Positions 27,845-36,496 of a stretch of DNA of 53,497 bases are shown piece by piece. The position numbers and the translations under genes were made by a program. Position 1 is the stretch's first letter. Each line of letters starts with the position of its first letter. The DNA is taken from positions 1 to 53,497 of the forward strand of contig CAZYOV010000003.1 in assembly GCA_964649215.1 (NCBI GenBank), written 5' to 3'. The DNA is from an uncultured Dehalococcoidia bacterium. GTDB taxonomy: Bacteria > Chloroflexota > Dehalococcoidia > SM23-28-2 > RBG-16-64-32. The notes beneath the pieces were generated by a model, which had not been told where the DNA came from, did no database searches, and saw only the letters and a program-made list of their open reading frames with translations.

Positions 27845-28611
27845 CACGTCTCACTGCCGGCATATTAATTGGTGGCATACTCGGCGTTTCCCTAATCGCA
27901 GGCTGCGCAGGTCGAACCTCAGCCCCCAAGACGGAGCCGACGATGCCATCAGAGGTCACTACCATACCGGCCTCAACCGCCGCGTCCACAGAGACGCCTT
28001 CGCCTACGGTGTCTGAAACCCCTTCTGGTGGATCCATGCAAGAACTGGCACTGCTTGAGAACTACGCGGCTACGAGCTTCTTCCCAGATACTATCCTCGT
28101 TCGCAGGGGCGTCCCGGTGAGACTCTACTTCACGCGGCTCCACAGGGAGCACGTGAACCAGTTCGCCATCGAGCCCTTCTTCAGCACGTCTGATGTAATC
28201 CTGCCCGGAGAAGTCGCGACGTTCGAATTCCTGGCTGATGTAGCAGGAGAGTTCAAGATCCGCAACGTCGGCCACGGCTTCGAAGCAACGCTGGTCGTCG
28301 TCGAGAATGAGCAGGAAGAGGCCTCAATTCGAGCGGAGGCGGGCATCCAAGAGATCGCCTTGATCTATAACAACGGCATGCCGCGCCTCATTCCCGAGGA
28401 GATCACTGTCGATAAGGATATCCCCGTGAAGGTTTACAACTTGGCGATCGACGGACAGCATCGCATTTCAGTGCCACCCTTTTACTCCCCCGCAGCTGCG
28501 AACGTCGAGCCCATGGAGATCACCACTTTCGAGTTCACGCCGAACGAAACTGGAACTTTTGAGATACTCGATGAACTCTCAGGCCTTGTGGCCACCTTAA
28601 TCGTTAGATAG
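27841..28611 (+). CDS. Lipoprotein with two cupredoxin-like (EfeO-type) domains
   Basis: LIAGC lipobox, S/T/P linker, two repeats of PxxIxVxxGxPV..F. Confidence 0.65.
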   Translation: MTRLTAGILIGGILGVSLIAGCAGRTSAPKTEPTMPSEVTTIPASTAASTETPSPTVSETPSGGSMQELALLENYAATSFFPDTILVRRGVPVRLYFTRLHREHVNQFAIEPFFSTSDVILPGEVATFEFLADVAGEFKIRNVGHGFEATLVVVENEQEEASIRAEAGIQEIALIYNNGMPRLIPEEITVDKDIPVKVYNLAIDGQHRISVPPFYSPAAANVEPMEITTFEFTPNETGTFEILDELSGLVATLIVR

Positions 28612-28621
28612 GGAGGCCATT

Positions 28622-29341
28622 ATGAACAGGGCAACGACTCTAGCACGCCCAATTCAGCCGGCGCGTCGATCTCAACGACTGCATTACGCTGCTGGGTTGA
28701 TTCTCCTCTCGGTCGCTGCCTTGCTCGTGGCGTGCACTGGGAGCGGATCGGATCAGTCGGCGCATGACGACGGCGACCACGATGAGGGCACCGACCTCCT
28801 GGTGGTGAAGTCGAGGGAGCAAGGATTGGCCCTGGATGAAGACCTAGCCGAAGAGATTCTGAGCTATGATGATGTCGTTCGTGTCGAGAAGTATATTCGG
28901 CTAAGGATGGAGAGCTTTGACGTTGTGGGCATTGAACCGAGTGCGCCTATGAGGATCATGACGGGGCAACCTGACGTACACCTAACGGGTGCCGAGCTAA
29001 CAGCCGGAAGGGAGCTTGAGGCGACAGACGCCGACGAGAATCTCGTACTTGCGGGGCAACTGTTCGCCCAGTCAGTTGGTACATCAACCGGCCGCACCTT
29101 CGGACTGCCCGGTACCGAATACGAATTGGTCGTCGCAGGTGAATTCTCGACTACGCCGCCTGAGCTATCGAGCACCATACTCATGCCGCTTGGCTTGGTT
29201 CAAGAGATATACGGCAAAGACCGGAAGGTCACCCACTTCTGGGTCAGCGTCGAGTCTCCGGATAGTGTGCATGACGTCATACGAGCCCTTCAGCTTGGGC
29301 TCGGTGAGTCTTTGGAAGTGCTTCCCAGAACCCATCAGTAG
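28622..29341 (+). CDS. Lipoprotein with a MacB-like periplasmic core domain and no permease helices
   Basis: LVAC lipobox, VVGIEP, AGREL, LAGQLFA..VG, VVAGEF, ILMPL..VQ. Confidence 0.6.
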   Translation: MNRATTLARPIQPARRSQRLHYAAGLILLSVAALLVACTGSGSDQSAHDDGDHDEGTDLLVVKSREQGLALDEDLAEEILSYDDVVRVEKYIRLRMESFDVVGIEPSAPMRIMTGQPDVHLTGAELTAGRELEATDADENLVLAGQLFAQSVGTSTGRTFGLPGTEYELVVAGEFSTTPPELSSTILMPLGLVQEIYGKDRKVTHFWVSVESPDSVHDVIRALQLGLGESLEVLPRTHQ

Positions 29342-29367
29342 TAGAGCCGTGAGAGATGTTGGCTAAC

Positions 29368-29418
29368 AGGGGCGAGGCGGAGCTAAGGGGGTTCGAGAAG
29401 CCAGTGCGGCTGTTTGAG
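29368..29418 (+). pseudogene. C-terminal relic of a class III nucleotide cyclase domain
   Basis: RGEAELRGFEKPVRLFE resembles the cyclase C-terminal (D)RG.v.L(K/R)GF..PV.lye motif. Confidence 0.5.
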
Positions 29419-29442
29419 GGTGAAGTGGCAGGAGGGCGGCTG

Positions 29443-30615
29443 ATGAAATCGGGAATCAATCAGGGGCGAGCTGAGGGGCTGGGTGAGCTACGTGACATCC
29501 TGCCCCGCACTACTGCCGTCCTGGAGCAGGGCCTCAACGAGGGGTTGCATATCGGCGCTCAGGTATACGTCTCTCGGCACGGCAAGGCAGTTGCGGACTT
29601 CGGTGTTGGCGAGGCGCGGCCCGGTGTGCCGATGGACGCCGATTCGATGATGCTCTGGTGGTCGTCAACCAAACCCGCCGTAGCAGTCGCCATCGGCCAA
29701 CTCTGGGAGCGAGGTCAACTCGACATCGAGGAGCGCGTCTGCACTTACATACCGGAGTTCGCTAACAAGGGGAAAGAGGCAGTAACTCTACGTCACGTCC
29801 TCACCCACACCGGCGGCTTCCGGTTCGCCGATGGCCGGGATGGGTTCCGTAAGAGTTGGGATGAGATCATCGCCCGAATCTGCGACGCGGACCTAGAGGA
29901 CGGTTGGATTCCCGGCGAGAAGGCCGGTTACCACCCTTCATCCGGGTGGTTCATCCTCGGGGAGGTCGTCCGGCGAATCGATGGTCGGTCCTTCCAACAG
30001 TTTGTGCGCGAGGCGATCTTCGAGCCGTTGGGTATGAACGACTGCTGGGTGGGCATGCCGCCTGCGCGTTACCGGGCCTACGGCGACCGCATCGGGGTTA
30101 TGCACAACACCGAGGGTCCAGAGCCCGAGCCAGTGCCCATCATCGACTCCGAAGAAGCGTGCTCTCGCTGCGTCCCCGGTGGTGGGGGCCGCGGGCCAAT
30201 GCGCGAGCTGGGGCGCCTCTTCGAAGCACTGCTCGGCGGCGGCCAGTTGGGTGAAGTGAGCGTCCTGTCTCCCCAGACCGTTTCAGCCATGACCGCCCGC
30301 CACCGCATCGGCATGTTCGACGAGACCTTCCGTGTCGTGATTGACTGGGGTCTGGGCTTCGTGATCGACTCCATGATCTATGGCCGGCACTGCTCACCGA
30401 GGACGTTCGGCCATGGCGGCTTCCGCTCGTCGGTCGCGTTCGCCGACCCGGAGTGCGGGGTCGTGGCTGCAGTGGTTACCAACGGCATGCCGGATGATCG
30501 CCGGCACTACCCACGCTTTAGCGCCATCAGCTCGGCCATTTACGAGGACCTTGGCATCGCCGAGCAAGGCTCTCCTGGACGGGACCGCGCAAGGCCGAGC
30601 ACTGGGCTCTCCTAG
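29443..30615 (+). CDS. Serine hydrolase, beta-lactamase/class C-like family
   Basis: SSTK (SxxK), LTHTGG, PGEKAGYH, FGHGG; ATG at 29443 with GGAGG SD. Confidence 0.9.
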   Translation: MKSGINQGRAEGLGELRDILPRTTAVLEQGLNEGLHIGAQVYVSRHGKAVADFGVGEARPGVPMDADSMMLWWSSTKPAVAVAIGQLWERGQLDIEERVCTYIPEFANKGKEAVTLRHVLTHTGGFRFADGRDGFRKSWDEIIARICDADLEDGWIPGEKAGYHPSSGWFILGEVVRRIDGRSFQQFVREAIFEPLGMNDCWVGMPPARYRAYGDRIGVMHNTEGPEPEPVPIIDSEEACSRCVPGGGGRGPMRELGRLFEALLGGGQLGEVSVLSPQTVSAMTARHRIGMFDETFRVVIDWGLGFVIDSMIYGRHCSPRTFGHGGFRSSVAFADPECGVVAAVVTNGMPDDRRHYPRFSAISSAIYEDLGIAEQGSPGRDRARPSTGLS

Positions 30616-30776
30616 GCCCACCTCGTCGCAACATCGCCTCCGCCACCCACCGTGACGGCGGGGCCGCCGATCTCGGCGCAGTATTCAAGCGCGATAGGGG
30701 GTCGTCAAGTCTGAGCATGCGGGCCAATGCCGAAATTAACTGCCGCCTGACCTGGGATTGCGCTATCATGTCGGCG

Positions 30777-31844
30777 ATGACGCAAGAGCTATCGTACGCT
30801 GCCCCGCCGCGGGGGCTGGATGCGGGTGCTCGACCGTTCGCGGAGCGAGGGCCGCTGCCGCGGGCGATCCAGCCGATGCTCGCGTCGATCGGCGGGCAGC
30901 CCTTCGACTCCCCTTCGTATATCTTCGAGGTGAAATGGGACGGCGTTCGCGCCCTTGCGTTTCCAGACGCGAAGGAGGTGCGGATACAGGACCGATATCT
31001 GCGGGACGTGACGGAGCGGTACCCGGAGCTGCGCGGGCTAGGCAGGCGGGTGACGGCAACCGGCACGGTTCTGGACGGGGAGATCGTCGCACTGGACGAG
31101 GCGGGCCGGCCGGATCTATCGCGGTTGCGGGAGAGGCTGGCCGCGAGTGACGTGAAGGAGGCGCGCAGGCTGGCCGAGACGACGCCGGTCACGTTCCAGG
31201 TGTTCGATATACTGTACTACAAGGGGCGTTCCTTGATGGACTACCCCTTGTCGCGGAGGAAGAGCCTGCTAAGCAAGGCGGTGCGGGCGGACGAGCGCTT
31301 GGCGGTGCCGGGCTACATAGAGGGCGAAGGGGTCGCCTTCTTCGAGGCGGCGCGCCAGCACGACCTAGAGGGGATAATAGCCAAGGAGCGGGAGAGCGTC
31401 TACCAGCCGGGGCAGCGGAGCGAGGCCTGGCTGAAGCTGAAGGTCCATCAGAAAGAGGAGTTCGTCATCGCCGGGTTTACGTACCGCGGCCGGTCGTGGC
31501 GCGAGCGCCGGCCCCGGCGCAAACGCGAGCCGTTCGAATCGCTGCTACTGGGGTTGTACGACGAGCAGGGCGGCCTACGCTATGTGGGCGAGGTAGCCGG
31601 CGGCTTTACCGAAGCGAGCGCGGAGGAGACGGTCCGGGCCCTGGACGCCCTGGTGAGCGAACAGTGCCCGTTCGGGGAGGAGCCCGGGTTGCAGCGGCTG
31701 TTGTTCTGGTGCCGGCCGGAGCTGGTGGCGACTGTGCGCTTCGGGGAGTGGACGACTCAGGGAATGCTGCAGTTCCCGGTGTTCGAGGGGCTGCGACCCG
31801 ACGTGCCACCGGAAAGCTGCCGGCTGGACGCGGCCGGCGGGTGA
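30777..31844 (+). CDS. Stand-alone ATP-dependent DNA ligase (LigD/LigC-type ligase domain)
   Basis: EVKWDGVR, LDGEIV, FDIL, EGIIAK, WLKLK, OB domain; ATG 7 nt after TATCAT. Confidence 0.9.
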   Translation: MTQELSYAAPPRGLDAGARPFAERGPLPRAIQPMLASIGGQPFDSPSYIFEVKWDGVRALAFPDAKEVRIQDRYLRDVTERYPELRGLGRRVTATGTVLDGEIVALDEAGRPDLSRLRERLAASDVKEARRLAETTPVTFQVFDILYYKGRSLMDYPLSRRKSLLSKAVRADERLAVPGYIEGEGVAFFEAARQHDLEGIIAKERESVYQPGQRSEAWLKLKVHQKEEFVIAGFTYRGRSWRERRPRRKREPFESLLLGLYDEQGGLRYVGEVAGGFTEASAEETVRALDALVSEQCPFGEEPGLQRLLFWCRPELVATVRFGEWTTQGMLQFPVFEGLRPDVPPESCRLDAAGG

Positions 31845-31854
31845 TCTGCGGCCT

Positions 31855-34614
31855 CTACTTCGTCTCGTCCTCCGCGATCTCCAGCAGGCCCTCCAGATCG
31901 TGCTTGGCGTCCAGGATCCCGGCCCAGAGGTCGCCCCGCTCGGCGAGGAGATCCGGAGCGGAGAGGATGGTGAAGTCGCTGGGGTAGACGTCGCTGAGCT
32001 CGTCCCAGCGCAACGGCATTGAGACGGGCGCCGCCGGCAATGGACGCGGTGAGTATATGGACGCGAGCGTCTTGCCGCGTGCGTTCTGGTTGTGATCGAA
32101 GAACACTTTGCCGGCCCGCTTCTCCACGGTCCAGTCCATAGTAATCTGCCGCGGGTGCTGCCTGAGCAGGAAGCGGCCGATAGTCTCGGAGGCGGAGCGG
32201 ACGGCGCGGTAGTCCAGGGTGCGGAGGATGGGGACGTAGACGTGCAGGCCGGTGCGGCCTGAGGTCTTGACGAATGAGGAGAGGGAGAGAGAGTCCAGCA
32301 TGTCCTTGAGCCAGAGCGCGACCTCGCGGGTCCTGGCAAACGCTTTGCGGTTCAGTTCCGGCTCTTCGCCCGCGGCCTCGCGGCCGGAGTAGATATATGG
32401 GTCGAGGTCGAAGACGATGAAGTCGGGGTAGCTCAGGAGGGAGTTGTCGATGTTCTTCTGGGATCCCGAGAACTGGGTGGACAGGTGGTGGCCGTCGGGG
32501 TCAGGGCTTACGCGGGAGTACCAGGTGTGGAGCTCCAGGTCGGCTATCTGGCCCAGCCAGAGGAGGGTCGGGAGGTTGTTGCAGACGAGGTACTCCTGGT
32601 CGCCCTCCTTGTGCTCGGAGAACAGGCTGACGGTGTCCACGAAGTCGGGCAGGGTGCCGCCCCAGTGTTTCTGGTAGAAGTGCTCGCCGGCGATGCCGTC
32701 AGGGTAGCGGGTGAGGCTGAGGGGCCGGTGTCTGAGGTGGGGTAGGAGGTAGGGCGAGACGTTGGCCAGGTAGATAATGAGATCGCGTTTTGTGAGGCCG
32801 GGACGGCCTTCCAGCGGGGGCCAGAACTCCTTATCCAGGTTGCTGAGCGACAGTTTGTGTCCGGCGACCTTCAGGATGAACCTATTGCGGCGGTTCTCCA
32901 GCTGCTCCAGCGCGATCTGTACTTCGGTCTGGAGAGAGGCAGGGGCGTTTTCGGCATCGGGGGCGTGACCGGTGGGCGCGGGGACGATCTCGCTTAACCG
33001 GACATCGGTTGCGAGCTTGTCCTCGCGCAGGCGGAGGAAGACGGGAGCGCGCAGGTGGCCGTCCACCGTCCACTGGGCGAACTCAACCTCCGCCACGAGG
33101 TGCGGGCGCAGCCAGGTGGTGGCGGTCTTGAGGGGAGGCGTTTCGCTGAACGGGCACTCGTCGCTGGTGATGGAGTCGAGGCGCTGTCGCAGGCCTGCGA
33201 GGGTACGGTCGTCGAATCCGCTGCCAACGTGGCCGACGTAGACGAGACGGCCTTCGTCATCGTGATAGCCGAGAAGGAGGGCGCCGAAGGTGGCCGCCCG
33301 GCCACCGAGGCCCTGGCTGTAGCCGCCGATGACGAACTCATCGCTGAGGGTAGGCTTGATTTTAAGCCAGTGGCGGGAGCGCCGGCCCGCCTCGTATGCG
33401 CTGTCCCGGCGCTTGGCGATGATCCCCTCCAGGCCGTGGCTAACGGCGGCTTCGTAGGCGGCCTCGCCCTCCTCCTCGAAGTGCTCCAGCAGGCGGACGC
33501 GGTCGGAGGGCAGGAGGATGCGCTCGAGGAGGTCCTTGCGCTGAGCCAGCGCGACGGCGCGCAGGTCGTAGCCGCCAGCGTAGATCAGGTCGAAGACGTA
33601 GTAGAAGACGGGGGTCTCAGCCTCGGCGCGGCGGATGTCCGCCTCCCGTGAAAGGTTGAGGCGCTGCTGGAGGCGGTGAAATGAGGGCCGGCCGTCCCGG
33701 TCGAGTGCGACGATCTCGCCATCCAGGATGAGCTGCCGCTCCGGTTGGAGGCCTAGCTCCTCCGCCAGCGAGGGGTACTGGCGGGTGGAGTCGCGGCCGG
33801 TCCGGGAGATGAGCTTTACTTTGCCGTCACGGATGAAGGCGAGGGCACGGACTCCGTCCAGCTTAGGCTCGAACAGCCAATCAGGGTTGGAGAAGGAGGT
33901 TTTGGTGAGAGTGGCCAGCATGGGCTTTACTGAGGCGGGGAAGCGGGCGCGGCGAGCGTCCGGCAGGTCTCCAGGCCGGAGGGCCGCAGCGCCCTGCTGG
34001 GGCCGGTCGGGAAGGCGGCCCGCTTTGAGGTCCTTGATGCTCAAAGCGGAGCTGACGGAGCGGTCCTCATCCAGAATGTCGCGTTCGGTCTGGGCGAAGC
34101 GGTCCTTGTGTTTGATGAGGAGCCAGTCATTTTCGCCGCGCTGCATCTTGACCAGTGCCCAGGAACCCTTGAGCTTGCGGCCGCGCAGGAGCACGGAGAG
34201 CTTGCCTGCCGCGAGACCGCGTCGCATCCGCTCCTCCGCCTCCGTCCGGTCATCGAAGGAGATATTGCTGTCCTCGTCGGGGGTGTAGGTGCCGTTGTCC
34301 CAGACTATGACCTGACCGGCACCGTATTCGCCTTTGGGGATGACTCCCTCGAAGGAGGCGTAGGGCAGGGGATGGTCCTCCACCATGACGGCCAGGCGCT
34401 TCTCCGCCGGGTCCAGGGAAGGCCCCTTGGGCACGGACCAGGACTTGAGAACGCCGTCCACCTCTAAGCGGAAGTCGTAGTGTAGGCGGCGGGCGGCGTG
34501 CATCTGGATGACGAAGATGAGAGGGCCTTCGCCAGCATCCGTTCGCTCCGTTGGAGGCTCAGGCGTGCGCGAGAAGTCGCGCTTCTTGTCGTATTCCTTG
34601 AGCATTTCTTCCAT
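31855..34614 (-). CDS. ligD: NHEJ DNA ligase D (phosphoesterase-ligase-polymerase)
   Basis: PE: HAARRLHYDFRLE, EDHPLPYASFEG; ligase: EPKLDGVR, EGIIAK; polymerase: LTRYPDG, FDLDP, KTSGRTGLH. Confidence 0.96.
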   Translation of the reverse strand: MEEMLKEYDKKRDFSRTPEPPTERTDAGEGPLIFVIQMHAARRLHYDFRLEVDGVLKSWSVPKGPSLDPAEKRLAVMVEDHPLPYASFEGVIPKGEYGAGQVIVWDNGTYTPDEDSNISFDDRTEAEERMRRGLAAGKLSVLLRGRKLKGSWALVKMQRGENDWLLIKHKDRFAQTERDILDEDRSVSSALSIKDLKAGRLPDRPQQGAAALRPGDLPDARRARFPASVKPMLATLTKTSFSNPDWLFEPKLDGVRALAFIRDGKVKLISRTGRDSTRQYPSLAEELGLQPERQLILDGEIVALDRDGRPSFHRLQQRLNLSREADIRRAEAETPVFYYVFDLIYAGGYDLRAVALAQRKDLLERILLPSDRVRLLEHFEEEGEAAYEAAVSHGLEGIIAKRRDSAYEAGRRSRHWLKIKPTLSDEFVIGGYSQGLGGRAATFGALLLGYHDDEGRLVYVGHVGSGFDDRTLAGLRQRLDSITSDECPFSETPPLKTATTWLRPHLVAEVEFAQWTVDGHLRAPVFLRLREDKLATDVRLSEIVPAPTGHAPDAENAPASLQTEVQIALEQLENRRNRFILKVAGHKLSLSNLDKEFWPPLEGRPGLTKRDLIIYLANVSPYLLPHLRHRPLSLTRYPDGIAGEHFYQKHWGGTLPDFVDTVSLFSEHKEGDQEYLVCNNLPTLLWLGQIADLELHTWYSRVSPDPDGHHLSTQFSGSQKNIDNSLLSYPDFIVFDLDPYIYSGREAAGEEPELNRKAFARTREVALWLKDMLDSLSLSSFVKTSGRTGLHVYVPILRTLDYRAVRSASETIGRFLLRQHPRQITMDWTVEKRAGKVFFDHNQNARGKTLASIYSPRPLPAAPVSMPLRWDELSDVYPSDFTILSAPDLLAERGDLWAGILDAKHDLEGLLEIAEDETK

Positions 34615-34704
34615 TATGCCGCAGGTGAGGCTGTGGCTGCCGAAGGCGGCTGCTACAATTCAGCGGGGATAGGAAGGCGGAAGGGTTTAAGCTGGGAGAG
34701 GCGC

Positions 34705-35415
34705 ATGACTGAGCGACAAGGGCGACCGACGGGGGTGTTCGATCAGGCGTTCCTTACCGGAGTGGATGAAGTCACCGAGGTGCTTCTGATCCGCCACGCC
34801 AAGCAGGACGTCGATTTCGCCGGCGCTACGATGGGCGAAATCATAGACCCGGTGCTCAGCGATCAAGGGCGGCAGCAGGCACGCCTGGTGGGGGAGTCGC
34901 TATCGACGGCGAAGCTGGACGCTATCTTCACCAGTACGCTGAAGAGGGCGGTTCAGACGGCTGAGGCTATAGCGCAGCACCATCGCCATCTGGAGATGCA
35001 AGTGATGGATGACCTGCGGGAAGTGGGAGTGTTCCGCGATATCCCGGGGGACAAGACGGCCGAGGAGTTCCTTGGCGAGGATTTGCTGGAGGCGGTGCGT
35101 CTGCGGATGCTGAACGAGCGCAGTTGGGATGTCTATCCGCACTCAGAATCAAGCTACGATTTCCGGAAGCGCGCAATCAACTCTGTGGAGACGGCGATCG
35201 CTCGCAGTGAGGGGGAACGGATCGCTATCGTATGCCACGGGGGCGTCATCAACGCCTATGTGGGGCATATCATCGGCTCGCCGTACGATATGTTTTTCCG
35301 CCCGGCCCATGCATCGATAAACACGGTCGTCGTGGGAGGGGGGCGGCGGGTGCTGCGGCTGCTAAACGATACGCATCACCTGCGCACCGGCGAAGGCGAC
35401 TTCCTTAGCTACTAA
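34705..35415 (+). CDS. Histidine phosphatase family protein
   Basis: LIRHA, S.LKRAVQTA, LREVG, VCHGGVI. Confidence 0.88.
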   Translation: MTERQGRPTGVFDQAFLTGVDEVTEVLLIRHAKQDVDFAGATMGEIIDPVLSDQGRQQARLVGESLSTAKLDAIFTSTLKRAVQTAEAIAQHHRHLEMQVMDDLREVGVFRDIPGDKTAEEFLGEDLLEAVRLRMLNERSWDVYPHSESSYDFRKRAINSVETAIARSEGERIAIVCHGGVINAYVGHIIGSPYDMFFRPAHASINTVVVGGGRRVLRLLNDTHHLRTGEGDFLSY

Positions 35416-35423
35416 GGCTGCCG

Positions 35424-36248
35424 TCAGCTCGCGGCGGCACGGCGACGGCGGCCGGTATCTTCGCCGGGCTCTTCCCGCTTGCGCTTCTTCGCCTCCTCGA
35501 CGCTGGCCTTTAGCGCCGCCATGAGGTCTGTGACCTTGGCGACGGGGGCGGCCGGGGCCTGCGCCACCTCCTGGCCCTGGAGCTTCGCCTCGATGATCTC
35601 CATGAGCGCCCGCCGGTACTCGTCCTGGTACTTCTCCGGCTCGAACGGCTCCTGGAGAAGATCGATGAAAGTGGAGGCCATCTCCAGCTCGCGCTCGGAG
35701 ACCTGAACCTCCGGCGCCTCCACGCCGCGCTCCACGCGGATCTCGTCCGGGTAGAAGAGCGTCTCCAGCATCAGGGTGCCGTCCAGAGGGCGCAAGGCGC
35801 AGAGCCGCTCCTTGTTGCGGATGGCAATCTTGGCGACAGCGGTCAGGTTCTTCTCTTTGAGGGACCGCATGAGCAGAGCGAACGGCTTCACCCCCGCCTC
35901 GTCCGCCTCCAGATAGTAGCTCTTCTCGTAGTAGATCGGGTCGATCTCATCCGCCTCTATGAACGCTGACAGCTCTATGGCGTGCTTGCTGGGCAAGGGC
36001 AGCTTCTCGAAGTCTGAGTCGTCCAGGATGACGTGCTGGTCCTTGGCGTACTCGTAGCCCCGCACGATCTCGCCCCGCTCCACCTCACGCTCGTCGACCG
36101 GACACCAGCGCAGATTCTTCAGCCGGCTGTTGTCGTCGCGGTGGAGGAGGTGGAACGATATGTCCTTGCTCTCGGTGGCCGTGTACAGCTTCACTGGGAT
36201 GCTCACCATCCCGAAGCTGATTAGGCCGTTCCATATGGACCGTGGCAT
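35424..36248 (-). CDS. ku: NHEJ Ku protein
   Basis: MPRSIWNGLISFGMVSIPVKL, IVRGYEY, IDPIYYEKSYYL, DLMAALKASV, basic tail. Confidence 0.96.
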   Translation of the reverse strand: MPRSIWNGLISFGMVSIPVKLYTATESKDISFHLLHRDDNSRLKNLRWCPVDEREVERGEIVRGYEYAKDQHVILDDSDFEKLPLPSKHAIELSAFIEADEIDPIYYEKSYYLEADEAGVKPFALLMRSLKEKNLTAVAKIAIRNKERLCALRPLDGTLMLETLFYPDEIRVERGVEAPEVQVSERELEMASTFIDLLQEPFEPEKYQDEYRRALMEIIEAKLQGQEVAQAPAAPVAKVTDLMAALKASVEEAKKRKREEPGEDTGRRRRAAAS

Positions 36249-36496
36249 GCTACAACCCTTTTCCAGAGAATCACCCAGGATATGCACATATGATACCTGA
36301 ATCCTGAGCGCCTATAAACACGACTGGTTATCTCGTAGGAAGGACGAGAAGGGGCAAAGCTCCGCTCGGCAGGCTCTTGAGGTGGCGTCGGCAGGCCCAG
36401 TTCGGTGCCCCAGCCATGAGGTGCGCGGCGTGGACGCGGAGGCGCGGCAGAGCGACAGCAGCGCCTAGACCAAAGTGCTAAACTTACCGATAGAAG

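Noticed and set aside
29356-29442. ORF-track start of the serine hydrolase at 29356
   Set aside because: This segment holds the cyclase relic; ATG 29443 has an SD and gives a normal N-terminus
36290-36480. ncRNA in the ku-rel intergenic region
   Set aside because: No recognisable family signature or stable long stems by eye; divergent promoters are enough to explain it
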